Part shown: one piece after another, positions 1 to 12,455 of the stretch | Layout: each line of letters begins with the position of its first letter | How positions within the stretch are numbered: position 1 is the stretch's first letter | Source: Mobula birostris | Lineage: Eukaryota | NCBI RefSeq assembly: GCF_030028105.1 | Contig: NC_092378.1 | Location: 107,683,731 to 107,747,730 of the forward strand | Direction: 5' to 3' | DNA: 64,000 nucleotides | Translations under genes and position numbers: made by a program | The notes under the pieces: generated by a model | Database searches by the model: none | The model's input: the letters and a program-made list of their open reading frames with translations, nothing else | Told to the model about the DNA's origin: nothing

Positions 1-270
1 AACTTGTCTTTCTCCCCGGACCTCCTGTCCCATGATCCTCTCATATCCCTTTTGCCAATCATCTGTCCAGCTCTTGGCTCCATCCCTCCCCCTCCTGTCT
101 TCTCCTATCATTTTGGATCTCCCCCTCCCCCTCCCACTTTCAAATCTCTTACTAGCTCTTCCTTCAGTTAGTCCTGACGAAGGGTCTCAGCCTGAAACGT
201 CGACTGTACCTCTTCCTAGAGATGCTGCCTGGCCTGCTGCGTTCACCAGCAACTTTGATGTGTGTTGCAC
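1..270 (+). mobile_element. Penelope-like element terminal repeat, truncated by the window edge
   Basis: Pyrimidine-rich tract, then CCTGACGAAGGGTCTC...GAAACGTCGAC and GATGCTGCCTGGCCTGCTG. Near copy at 60630-60850. Confidence 0.7.
168..207 (+). ncRNA. Minimal type I hammerhead ribozyme-like motif
   Basis: Stem I AGTC/GACT, core CTGACGA 174-180, stem II 182-193, GAAA 194-197, palindromic ACGT, GUC cleavage triplet 199-201. Confidence 0.6.
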
Positions 271-459
271 TAATTCAAATAATCATGCATTACAACAGTG
301 ATGTGTAAAAGTACATCTCTGAGTGTACACTTCATTGAACCTTGAAGTGGATGGACAAAAGGAGCAGAAGACCACAAACGTACACTCGGTGGCCACTTTA
401 TTGGGTACAGGTACAGGAAGTACCTGATAAAGTGGCCACAGGGTGTACACATTGTATTT

Positions 460-850
460 CCTGTCATGGCGTTGGCATTCATGGCAGCAATGAAGGTCCT
501 CCATCTCTGGTGGTGTTCAGGACATCCTTCATCATGTCAGTAGCTCGGTTTTCACTACTGTCAGTCATGCAAGTTCCGGATGGAGAATCAGGAATACCAT
601 CACTCTTAGATGTAGAAGGATTCTTCATTGCTGTCCATAAGAGTTTTGTTTTACCAGTCAGTGTTGTTAGCCCTGAGCTGAACCCCCGAATTTGGAAGGC
701 CAGTGGACCACTCTTAGTCTAACCTTTTGATGTGTCGGCAAGGGTGATCCTACCAAGAGCCAAAGCATAAAGCCCTGACTCCAGTTCTCCAGGTCATTGT
801 GGCACGCATATCTCCAAACCCTACCACAAGGTTCTAGACCTCTTGGAGGA
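460..850 (-). mobile_element. RTE-clade LINE 3' end or RTE-related SINE, shared with unit B (31130-31525)
   Basis: Minus strand reads like an RTE 3' terminus (RWRTFIAA...). Present at the paralogous position in both units. Confidence 0.5.
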
Positions 851-980
851 GTGTATACATACTTTGAAAATAAATATACTTCAAACTTTAGACTTTGTTA
901 TCACCTTACCTTCAGCTTGATCATAATTAGTGAACCAATTATCATTATTTCTCTGAAAGCAACAGATTTATGGAATTTCC

Positions 981-2740
981 GAGTGGGAAGGGTTGTTAAT
1001 GCTGCACAGTGGAGTTTAAACTTGAGTTGCAGGGAACCAGAATGTTGGAACAGTTAGCGGAGAGGTTGTTGAGGCAGATGCCGGTAAGACCTCAGATGAA
1101 GTTAGGAATCAAAAGGTTGAACATGGTGCAACTAATGTCCTGAGCTGCGCACACAGGACTGAAGGTTTTATATTTGAATGCACATAGGAGGCGAAATAAG
1201 GTATCTGATCTTCCAGCACAGTTACAGATTGGCAGCTTTGATGTTGTAGACATCACTGATTCATGGCTGAAAGAAGATTACAACTGGCAGCTTAATGTCC
1301 AAGGATACACATTGTATTGAAAGAACAGGCAGAAGGCAGAGGGGGCGACATTGCTCTGTGGGTTAAAATGAAATCATTAGAAAGAGGTGCCATGTGGTCA
1401 GAAGATAGATAGAGCTAAGAACTGAAAGGGTAAAAAGATCTTGTTGGGAGTTAAATACAGACCCCCAAACAGTAATAAAGATTTGGTCTACAAATTACAA
1501 TGAGAGGTAGTAAATGCATGCCAAAAGGGCAATGTTACAATAGTCAAGGGGGGATTTCAACATGCGGGTAGATTGGGAAAATCAGGTTGGTGCTGGATTC
1601 CAGGAGTAGGCACTTCTAGAAAACCTACAAGATTGTTTTTTCTCGCAGAAGATACCAAAAGTCTCTTCAGATAAATAAAGTGTAAAAAAGAGGCATAAGT
1701 GGATATCAGACTGCCAGAAAACGATTCTGGAGAGGTAGTAATGGAGGACAAGGAAATGTCAGATGAACTGAAAAAGTACTTTGCATCACTCTTCACTGTG
1801 GAGGACACTAGAAGTATAGTAGAAGTTCCAGGTCTCAAGGGTCATGAAGTGTGTGAAGTTACCATTACTAGAGAGAAGGTCCTTGGGAAACTGAAATGCC
1901 TGAAGGTCGATAAATCACCTGGACCAGATGGTGTAGAACTCAGAGTTCTGTAAGAGGTGGCTGAAGAGATCGTGGAAGCATTAGTAATGATCTTTCAAGA
2001 ATCACTCGACTTTGGAATGGTTCTGGAAGACTAGAAAATTTCAAATACCATTCCACTCTTCAAGAAGGGAGAGAGGCAGAAGAAAAGAAACTATAGGCTA
2101 GTTAGTCTGACCTCAGTTGTTGGGAAGACGTTGGAGTCAATTACTAAGGATGAGGTCTCAGGATACTTGGAGACACATGATAAAATAGGTCATGGTCAGC
2201 TTGGGTCCCTCAAGGGAAAATCTTGCCTGACAAATCTGTTGGAATTCTTTGAAGAAATAGCAAGCAGGATAGACAAAGGGAAATTGGTTGATGTTGTGCA
2301 CTTGGATTTTCAGAAGGCCTTTGACAAACTGTCATACATGAGGCTGCTTAACAAGCTATGAGCCCTTAATATTACAGGAAAGAATCTAGCATGGATAAAG
2401 CAGTGGCTGTTTGGCAGGAAACAAAGACTGGGAATAAAGGAAGCCTTTCCTGGTTGGCTGCCGGTGACTAATGGTGTTCCAAAGCAGTCTGTGTTGGGAT
2501 CAATTCTTTTTACATTATATATCAGTGATTTGAATGATTGAATTGATGGCTTTGTTGCAAAGATTGCAGATGATATGAAGATGGGCGGAGGGGCAGGTAG
2601 TTTTGAAGAAGTAAAGAGGCTACAGAACGACTAAGGCAGATTATGAGAATTGGCGAAGAAGTGGCAGATGGAACACGGTGTCGGGAAGTGAATAATCATG
2701 CATTTCAGTGGAAGAAATGAGAGGGCTGACTATTTCCTAG
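981..2740 (+). mobile_element. CR1-clade LINE fragment, decayed (endonuclease and RT)
   Basis: KSPGPDG, KSCLTNLLEFFE and LDFQKAFDK motifs with stops and frameshifts. Absent in unit B. Confidence 0.9.
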
Positions 2741-2743
2741 ATG

Positions 2744-4200
2744 CAATATGAGGTGTTGCTCCTCCACTCTGAAAGTGGCCTCATTGTGGCGGACGAGGAG
2801 ACCACATAACAATATGTTGGAATGGAAACAGGAATGGCAGTTAAAATGGTTGGCACTGGAAAATTCTGGTTTTGGTGGATGGAACAGCGGTCCTCAACAA
2901 AGCTGTCCCTCATTTACATTAGGTCCGATCAATATAGACGAGGCCATGTTGGGAGAACCGGATAAAATAGATGACCCCAACAGATTCACTGATGACGTGT
3001 TACCTCATCGGCAAGGACTGTTTAGGTAAGAGAACAGGTAAATGGGGAAGCGTAGCATACCTGTTATGCAGGGATATGTGTCAGGAGGGAGCATACTGAG
3101 AAGGGACAAATGGACAAGGGAATCACAGAGGAAACAATCTCTGTGAAAAGCAGATGTTCCTCTGGGAATCACAGAGGATCCCGTTGAATATGGAGAAGGT
3201 TGTGGAGAATAATGTGTGGGATTCTGAGGCTCATGGAGTGCAGCTGACGACAAGAGGAACTCTGTCCCTGTTAAGGTGGCAGGAAGATGAGGTGAGCACA
3301 GATGTCTGGGCAATGGAAGAGATGTGGGCAAGGGTAGCATCAATGGTGGAGGAAGGGAAACCTCATACTTTGAAAAAGGAAGACATCACTAATGCCCTGA
3401 AAAGGAAAGCCTCACCCTGGGAACAGATGTGGTGGAGACAAAAAAACTGAGAAAATGGGATAGCGTTTTTACAGGACACAGGCTGGGACGAGGAAATCAG
3501 CAGGTTTATAAAATATATTGGTAGACAATTTATCTCCAGAGATGGAAACAGAGCGATTGAGAAAAGGGAAGAAGGTGTCAGAAATGGAGCAGGTGAATTA
3601 ATGGGCAGAGTGGATATTGGAGGTAAAGTTGATTAAACTGATGAGCTCATCATGGGTGCATGATAGAGCCATGTAGCTGTCAATGTAGTGCAGGAAGAGT
3701 TGGGAAATATTACCACTGAAGGCTTAGAGCATTGACTGTTGTACATAGCCAACGAAAAGGCAGGCATAGTTGGGTAGAATGTAGAATTGAGTAGAACGGG
3801 GCAAGGGAATTTTGAATTCTCTGGAGCTGATGAGTTTAGCAATCATACCAAAGACAACCTCCTGATGGTCCTGTGTGGGGTCCTTTTTCCAAGTGTAGGT
3901 AAGAGGAAGTGTCTGAGAGTTGCTGCTTGGCCTCAGCACGGTAGAGGTCAGTCTGCAACACTACAACACGACAACTCTTTGCTGGTTTGATGGTAAGGTT
4001 GGGATTTTTGGATAGAGTGGAGGGCCGTGTATTCAGAGGCGGTAACGTTCACGGAGGAGAAAGGAGTGCTGAAGTTGACGTGGTTGTGGTCTTGTTGGCA
4101 TTTAGAGAAGGAAAGCTCCAGAGCAGGCAGAGGACCAGAGTGGGGTGTTTGAGAAGAGGAGGGTTGGAGATGGGAGAAGGAGTCATTGGTGTGGGGTGGG
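2744..4200 (-). mobile_element. Penelope-like retroelement remnant (unit A copy)
   Basis: Homologous to 32060-33860, with internal deletions. Confidence 0.75.
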
Positions 4201-5684
4201 AAACTATTGTCAAAGAAGTGGGCTCAGAGACAGAGGTAACAGAAGAAGAGCTCAGCTTCATGCTGAGTGCGAAACTGACTGAGGTGCGGTGGAAAGGGGA
4301 GAAAGTTAAGGTTCCTATTGAGGACGGAATATTCTGCCTCAGAGAGGGGAAGGTTAGAAGGAATGGTAATTCATGGAAATATTTTCCTCAAATTAGCTCG
4401 ACCTGTCCTCCAAAAGGTGACAGAGAGTAAGGTCAAAGTTAAGATATAAAAACAAAGAAGTGTTAACATAAACTTACCTTTGTCTGAAAGCTTTTTATAC
4501 TTTACTGCCTCCTATCGGCTGACAGAGGAAATTCCTACAAAACACACTCACTGGATAAGCCAACATTCAGCCTCTTTTCTAGAACACACTGTCAGTTTCC
4601 TCAGCAACACTGACCCCACACCTCACTGCCATTTCTCACGAATCCTCCATTGCCTCTCAGTTGTGAGATGTCTTGTCAAATTTCTACTATCAAATGAGTA
4701 GAAACTTCCTTCAAACATTTATTGGTAGGATTAGTAAAATTTCATTTTTGTTGTTTTAAATATTTTTATATCATTCAATCTTAGGCATTTGTTTTGCTTT
4801 TTATTAATCTTATTATCAGGAGTACATAAAATTAGCCTTGCTGGGGCAGCAGGTTAATCAATGGGATTATATAGTCATGGCAAGAGCAAATTGGCTCCCA
4901 TAAATTATCACTAAATTTCGGGCCACTATATTATCAGATGATCAGTCTATTAATGGATCCAATTACAGTTTTTTTTTTGCTCACTGTGTGAGTCTGGGTC
5001 AAAGCCACCTTTTCTGACATTTGTTGAAGTAAAAAAAACACATCCTCTTAAGTTGAATGATTGAGAAGATTGGAGATATTTCTCTTGCGTTTATCACAGT
5101 ATTTTCCAGTATCTCACTCCATCCCTTCTGCTGGCAGCTGTTCAAGCTCAACATCCTCAGTGTCGGATTTAGTTTTGAGATCACTTTCTCATCCATCCTG
5201 TGACCATTCAGTGCTCATTTCCACCCAACCTCATCCCGGCCTCAATCAGTCAGCTGCTGAGCTCACCTTCTGTGTTCTGTTCACCCATAGATCTGATGTA
5301 TGCCTTCTAGCCCTCCACTGCCAAGCTCTATGAGAATATCCAAACCATTTCAGCTCAATCATGCTCAATACTTGATTCTTCCCCACCATTAACATCCTCT
5401 TGCCTACCCCGAGCCCTAACTATACCATTGTTCTTCTTGGCTTTGGATCGCTCACCTGTCCATGTGAAGACTGAAGAATACTTCATCACCTATAACTTTA
5501 AGCATTCATCAAATTCAATTATATATGCTTTATTTTTTCTAGATGACTTCACTTTAAGCTAAATATATTGGTAACAAACATGCACAGTAAATGTTCTAAG
5601 TTCTATCATTAAAGTCTGCAGTTAAAATCAGTTTGTAGATATAGAAACATGGCGCTCAACAGGCTCTAGGCTGGACTAATGTGA

Positions 5685-5945
5685 ACCTGGTTGATAACTG
5701 AGTTGTACCCAATCATGCATTTGCAAGACTCGTGCACTTGGATGTTCTGGAAATGCTCTATTGTGTATATTCATTACTTCAAAGCTGATAAAGTTCCAAT
5801 GACTCATCAGCAAATGTTCAGCTGCACCTCGCTGTATCATTGAACCAAATATTAGAAGGTAGCCCTATAGGGAGAGAATGTTGTTGCCTGTGATCTTAAG
5901 CCAAGTTCTTTATCTGGAAAAAAGGTTGTTTTTAGAAAAATAAGT
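5685..5945. promoter_or_regulatory. Candidate erythroid enhancer, copy A
   Basis: TGATAA 5692 and 5786, TGACTCA 5800-5806, E-boxes 5811 and 5819, TTATCT 5910. Core nearly identical to copy B. Confidence 0.55.
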
Positions 5946-7084
5946 GTAATTATCCATTACTCCAAACTTTTCAAACCTGCAGATATCCAGGCATACCAAA
6001 AAGCTGAGGACTTTAGATAACCAACACCCCTCCATCTCTCAACCTCACTTGATCCAAAAAAGTTTTTCCAAATGTTTTAACAAGCTGAAGCCTAAATAAC
6101 TGTAAGCATTCATTACATCAGGCATCTAAATCACCTTTCATATGTTCATTAAACCAGTTTTCTCAAGACCTTAATTCTGATGAAGATAAAATAATTTAAC
6201 AGTTGAAGTTACATATATTATAATTATATCCTTCTTGAAATGAAATAATAGATGTTGCTTCAATGTTAAAGGAATTATACAAAAGGAGTGGGTGTGTGTA
6301 ATTATGTATTTCTGTATTTCTGCGTTTCTGCAGCAGAATGCAAAATAGAGTTCCATCTACTTATTGTACAGTATACATTGGAAAAGAAAGTCAGAAAGGA
6401 CTGCTGTAATTATATATTTGAGATTAGGAAAGGGAAGGTGTTGGGATAATGAACTAATCTTTATTCACACAATCTTGCACTAGTATTGTTTATTTTGTTG
6501 TTTTATTTGTACATGTGTAAATTACGTATATTACATGTAAATGTAAATGTATATTAACAGATGTTTGCCTTTCCCTGTTATACAATGTTAGAGTGCATTC
6601 TGGAGTTAGGATATAGAGCAAATGTTATCTTCTCCAGCAACCTACCTTCAGACATGAATGTGGATGATAGATTGAATGTTTAAAATGCAGCCTAAACAGA
6701 AGTTTTCCTGTGGACTTGTTAGGAAACCAGACAATGCTGATGAAAATTCATTTTGGGTGTTTGGAATGTGGGTGCAGAGAAGGAGATGTGTGAAAACTAT
6801 ATACAATTGAAAGGATGTATTGGAGATAAATTGCAATGACAGAATTGTCCTACTGTTACCTTTGATCTTTAGCATATAAAAATGTCATGCCATATCGGGT
6901 CTTCCTCCAAGAGTGTCTCAATATGATGCCTGCTGCTCATTTTTCTTGAATAAAACACTTCTATGTCCACTCGCTTCTGTGTCTCTCTGGTGACTTTGTT
7001 CACATTACAACATACACAGCTGCTACAAAAAAAGGAAATTTTCAAGGTCTTTATACCCTGTGTAATTGAAATTTGAACTTGCAC

Positions 7085-7820
7085 TTCTTCCAATCCAGTG
7101 TGCTGCATTCAGTGCTTACAATGTGGGCCTTTCTTCATTGGAGAAACCAAATACAGATTGGGTGACACCATTGCAGACTATTCAATCCTAATGGGTGACC
7201 TTGACCTTTGAATTGCCTTTCACTTTAATTGTTCATCTCATTTCCACTACCATTTCTCATTCTGGTGCTGCTTATACTGTTACAACAAAGCCCAAAATAA
7301 GCTCAAGGAACAGCACCTCATCTTCCCTAGAGATAAATTGTACCTCCATGATCCAACAAATTCAGATCACCATGCGTTCTTGTTTATGTTGGAACATTCA
7401 GACTGATGTATGATAACATTCATTCAGATTTTCTCTCTCCATAAATGCTGCATACTCATCCGGTATGAGCCAAATTCTCTTTCATTTCTATTTTCCAACA
7501 ACTGCAGTTCCCTACATCTCAGAGTTCCACCATTTTATTTGTCTGTCTATTTCCTTCATTCACCTCCCTGCCTATATTCCTCCAGGAAACTCAACACTTG
7601 TGAATACTGGAGAGAAATCATCTCTACCCTAGCTCAGATTCTCCCTCTGGTCTCTCCACTGTCTGAAACTTGAAACATGCTTGTTTTCCCACTTTTCCAG
7701 TTTTAATGAAAGATCATTGATATATTTTCTCTGCTCATGTGCTGCCTGTCTACCCTGTTGAGTAACTCCAACACTTTTTGTTTTTATTCCAGGCTAACAG
7801 CAACTGCAATATTTTGCTTT
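7085..7820 (+). mobile_element. Old Penelope-like GIY-YIG endonuclease and 3' remnant (paralogue at 38440-39170)
   Basis: SNPVCCIQCLQCGPFFIGETKYRLG, a GIY-YIG/CCHH-like segment. Confidence 0.6.
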
Positions 7821-9924
7821 CCCTTTATACAGTTACTTTGAGACAAACTGCATAATTGATGAATATGGACAATGTGAAGGCAGAAGGGATTATTTTAACT
7901 AGAGTCATTATCTTAATTAATTCAACACAGCATCATGGACCAGAGGCCAGTCCAGTGCAGTGCTGTTCTATGTTACATGGTCTGTGTTGTAAACTGCGTC
8001 TTCCAGTCTTGCATGACTGTGATTCCATGAATGAAATAAACCTCCTAACATAATAATCACATGACACAAGTTTACCTGCTGGTCTTAGCAGTGTGATTTT
8101 ATGCTCAGATAAGAGGGCAGTAAGAAGGGGAGATGTTATATATGGTGGACTATACATTGAGAACTCTCAAATATTTAAATCATTAGTCCAGAGGACACCC
8201 ATGTCTTCTTCTGAAAGTCGAAAAAAAGAACCAGTCTTTTGATGTAAAATTGTAAATCTGGTTGTGACTTATTCTTGATAATTTCTGTCCCTCTGTGTCA
8301 TCATGTATAATACTCATAACTTGTGATCCTTTCAAAATTCACCTTCCAACTTGATCCATAGTAAATGTAATTGACTACATTCCTCAGGGCAGGTGTGTAC
8401 ACTTTAAGACTTAATTGTTAAATAATGATAAAATCCACAGGTTGATGTCCACTTCCCTTCACTTTTGAGTCTTCTCCTGCCCTTTTGGAATCTGCATTTC
8501 TGGTCCTTTGAGAATTCCATAAGAATTCATTTATTTGAAACTTCTTTTCAATAACTATTTTCACCCAAGATTTTGCTATGTTTCTTTAAAGATATATTAT
8601 TGTAACTTTCCCATTTATAGCCATCATCGGGAAATAGTGATCCTTTAAAGAATGCTAAATGTATTCCACATTTCCTTAAGACATAGAAAAACAGCAGTTA
8701 CCCCATTGAATCCATGCTAGTTCCCATCTCACTTAATTTTACAACTAACCCTATTCTTCTCACATTTTCATCAAATCTGCCACCCAGCAATTTACAAATA
8801 ACCCGCCCGCATGTTTTTAGATGGACACATGACATGCCTTTGCAGGGAACGGGTCATGTGCAGGCAGAAGAGATTAGTTTAATTTTGTACAGACATAATG
8901 TGACAAAGGTTCTGTCACTGTATAGTACTGTTCTATGTTCTAAAAGGAAAAATCAACAAAAGAATGCACAATAGAGTGTTACTGGTATGCAAATAAGGTG
9001 TAAGATACATAACAAGGTCGATTTTGAGATCGAGGGTTCATCATTATCATACTAGAAGTCTGTTCAAGATGATTATAACAGTGGAACAGAATTTATCCTT
9101 GGTTCTCTTCAAACAATTCTTTAAGCTTTGGTATCTTCTGTTTGTTGGGTTTAGAAGTCCACAGAATGGAGGCTGGTTTTCATGAAGGACTAGGCTGCAA
9201 TCTCAGTGCTCAGCAACTTAAACTGATCTTGGTCAGACCAGTGGCAAACCAAACTGATGCATCAGATTAATAAAGTAAATGCTGCATAGCTTTTTCTTGT
9301 TTTTCTTACATGATGTCCAGATCCAAACAATAACTTGTTGTAGACCAACCACATAGTTGCTATGGCCAAGAAAACTCACCACTAATTTCTCACGAAGCTA
9401 AAATACTACTCTTCCCCTTTATCAAATTTTGTTAATTCATCATAGAAATCATCATATCTGGATGCATTATGGTCTGGTATGACAACTGCTCTGCATATGA
9501 CTGCAAAGATCTGTACAGGATTATGGACATCACAGAAACCTATCTCCCCTCATGGACTCTATCTACACCTAAAATGCCTTGGTAAAGCAGCCATCAAAGA
9601 TCCCACACATTCCACACATTCTCTTTTCTCCCCTTTTCCATTGGGTAGAAGATGCTCCAGAGAAAGGAAAGTTCAAAGTAAATGTATTATTAAGGTACAT
9701 ACATGTCACCATGTACTACATTGAGATTCGGTTTCTTGCAGGCATTTACAGTAGAACAAAGAAATAAAATATAATCAATGAAAAACTACAAACAGACTGA
9801 CAATCAAACAATGTGCAATAGAAAACAAAGAATGAAAAGAACAAATAATTTAATCTATAAATATATACAAAAATAGGTAAATCAATATATAGATATATAG
9901 ATGGGCAGGTAAATAATATATAAA

Positions 9925-10310
9925 CACAAGAGATTCTGCAGATGTTGCAAGTCCAGTGCAACACACATAAAATGCTAGAGGAACTCAGCAGGTCAGGCAG
10001 CATCTAGGGAAATGAATGAACAATCAACATTTTGGGCCCAGACCCTTCATTGGGACTGGAAAAAAAGGGGGAAGATTCCAGAATAAAATGTGGAGGGAGG
10101 GGAAAGAGGACAAGCTGGAAGGTGATTAGTGAAGTCAGGTGGGTGGGAGATGAAGGAATCAGATGAAACAGGATAATGGACCATGAGAGCAAGGGAAGAA
10201 GGAGGTTACCAGAGGGAGGTGATAGGGAGGTGAGGATTAGAGGGAAGAGACCAGAATGGGGAATAGACGAAGAGGGAACTGAGAGAAGTAAAGAAAAAAA
10301 GGGAAGGTCA
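9925..10310 (-). mobile_element. Penelope terminal-repeat-derived element
   Basis: Reverse complement resembles the 1-270 family, with a degenerate hammerhead core near 10025-10058. Confidence 0.6.
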
Positions 10311-10519
10311 CAAAGAGTGATGAAGTGGGAACACCACAATTATACTTTGTTTGGAGTTTGATGAGATTTGGTATGTCACAAACTATTCTTACAACTATCC
10401 TTTGACACCAGGTCAACCATTATGTAATCACTTTTATATTAATTCAATCATTTGTCAGAAGCACTTTTATGAGTTGAAGGAATTTTAATCAACACTTGAA
10501 TCCAGCTTTCATGAGATTC

Positions 10520-10915
10520 AGCCCAAAATAACAATAAATTTAAATTATTCTATTAGGGTTAGTTTGGAAACACAAACATATAAATGAACATTAATCTACA
10601 TTTGTTAATAACTTATGTGACAATAAACTAAACCTTTCCAAGAGAGCTTCAAATGAAATGTGTGAAGGTGGTGTTTAGCTTTTCTGGAACAGGATATCTT
10701 TGCTAACAGTTGTATGTGAAACAGATGACTGGCTCTCTATTGACTATTGTCTCTTATCATTAGATTACGTAGTCCATGAACCAGGACCCACAACCAATGG
10801 GAAAAGTGGGGTGGAGAGGGTGTAGCTCAGTGTGAATTACAATAAATATGGACACATCAAGCCAGAGGCATCTCCTGGTTATTGTGAGATCTGAAAAAGT
10901 GAAAACTCAGCAACA
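10520..10915 (+). promoter_or_regulatory. alpha1 promoter and 5'UTR
   Basis: GATA site TTATCA 10754-10759, CCAAT 10794-10798, reverse CACCC boxes 10808-10822, TATA-like AATAAATA 10841-10848. Strongly conserved with the alpha2 upstream region. Confidence 0.85.
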
Positions 10916-11869
10916 ATGGTACTCTCTGGCCCCAACAAACAGGTTATAGAAGAACTGGGCCAGCACATAAAGGCAAATGCTGAAACTTTGGGAGCAGATT
11001 CTTTAGCTAGGTAATTTTCTTAGATTCATGGTATAACTATTGTGTTTTCAGCTATTATGTGTAATCATTAACATTTCTTTGCATTTCCTTTGCACAGTGA
11101 GATCACTATTAAGTATACAAACACATTCTCTGCATAGAATTGAAGTTTTTCCAAAATAATGTGATTGCTGGTCTGAAGAATAACAGAATTTAATCCTAAG
11201 TGAAATGCAATGTAGGTTGAGTCTGCAAATAATTTCCACCTTCATTTTCTGTGTTTGTGAAGGTTGTTTGAGATCCATCCTCAAGCTAAGACATACTTCC
11301 CAAAATTCAATGGCTACAAAGCCTCTGAGCTGCCTGTCAGAAAACATGGTCGCATTGTCATGGAAGCTGTGGCGGATGCAGCCCTTAACGTGGACAACCT
11401 GAGTAAACACCTGGAAAAGCTTGCCAAGAGACATGGTGAAGAACTTCTTGTGGATCCACATAACTTTCAGGTATGTAACAGTTTTATAGATTCTTCCTCA
11501 TTGTCATGACACAAACTATGTTATTGTAATTAGATCAGCAATCCTGAACTTTCAACTTTATGTAGTTGAAGTTTTGGCGGTCTAGAAGTGTAGTCTGGTT
11601 CAATTTAGGTGGGAATACTTTTTCCTGCTACACTATACACAGGAAAGCAGTCGAAGTACAAACAACCAACATTCATTTGATGGGTAAATTCATGAGTTGT
11701 GAATATTAACACTGCTCATTTTTATAATTTTTCTCTTTTACAGCTGTTGGCTGATTGTATCACAGTTACCCTGGCCATTCACTTGCCTGCGTTCACCCCT
11801 GCAACCCACTGTGCTGTCGACAAATTCCTTGAGTTGCTCGCACATGAATTGAGCTCCAAGTACCGTTAA
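10916..11869 (+). CDS. hba: Haemoglobin alpha chain, copy 1 (3 exons: 10916-11010, 11263-11470, 11744-11869; 142 codons incl. Met)
   Basis: Spliced translation [47 protein letters not shown]...RKHGRIV...[23 protein letters not shown]...[29 protein letters not shown] introns at canonical globin positions (phase 2, phase 0). CD1 Phe, E7 and F8 His and C-terminal KYR present. AATAAA at 11966-11971. Confidence 0.97.
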
Positions 11870-12455
11870 AGACACAATTAACAAACTACGGTGAACAGCA
11901 AGATCACCATTTAATTCCACATTTTGTCATTGATTAAATTTTGGCATAATTGGTAAACTAAACTAAATAAACATTCATTTTTATCAATGCTTTATCATTT
12001 GCTGTGGCTGATTTATTAAGTATACACAATTTCAGAAATATATCTGTCAGAGATGTCCATTTGCAAGAACACAAACAATACTGCAGGGTCTGTTTACCTC
12101 TATCACTAGATAACAACGAAGAGGAGAAAGAACTTGGACATAAAAGCACTGAACCAACAAATGTCTGTTTGCATGGCAGTTACTTTTCAACCCATTGTAA
12201 ATGAATCAAGCTCACAGCAGTGATTTCTGAAAAGCAAAACATCTGAAATAGGAGATCAAAATCTCTCCATATGGCTCTTATATTTCAACAACACACCATG
12301 ACTCATTACTCAAAACAGGTTTTACACTTAAAATATAGATAGATAGAGTTGTAGGGTTATGCAACAAGGAAACGGTCCTTTTAGCCAAGCTCATCCATGC
12401 CTACCAATGTCTATCTGACCTAGTCACTCACGTTTGCTCACATTTGGCTCATATC

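Noticed and set aside
11048-11461. Antisense and alternative-frame ORFs over globin exons (also 49851-50120, 20131-20361, 62880-63101)
   Set aside because: Shadow frames of duplicated sequence. Lengths are not conserved between paralogues and no motifs are present.
12004-12204. Similar short ORFs at 12004 and 55482 as a conserved small gene
   Set aside because: The similarity comes from the spacer duplication. The frame is disrupted in the 50606 copy and the starts are non-ATG or differ.
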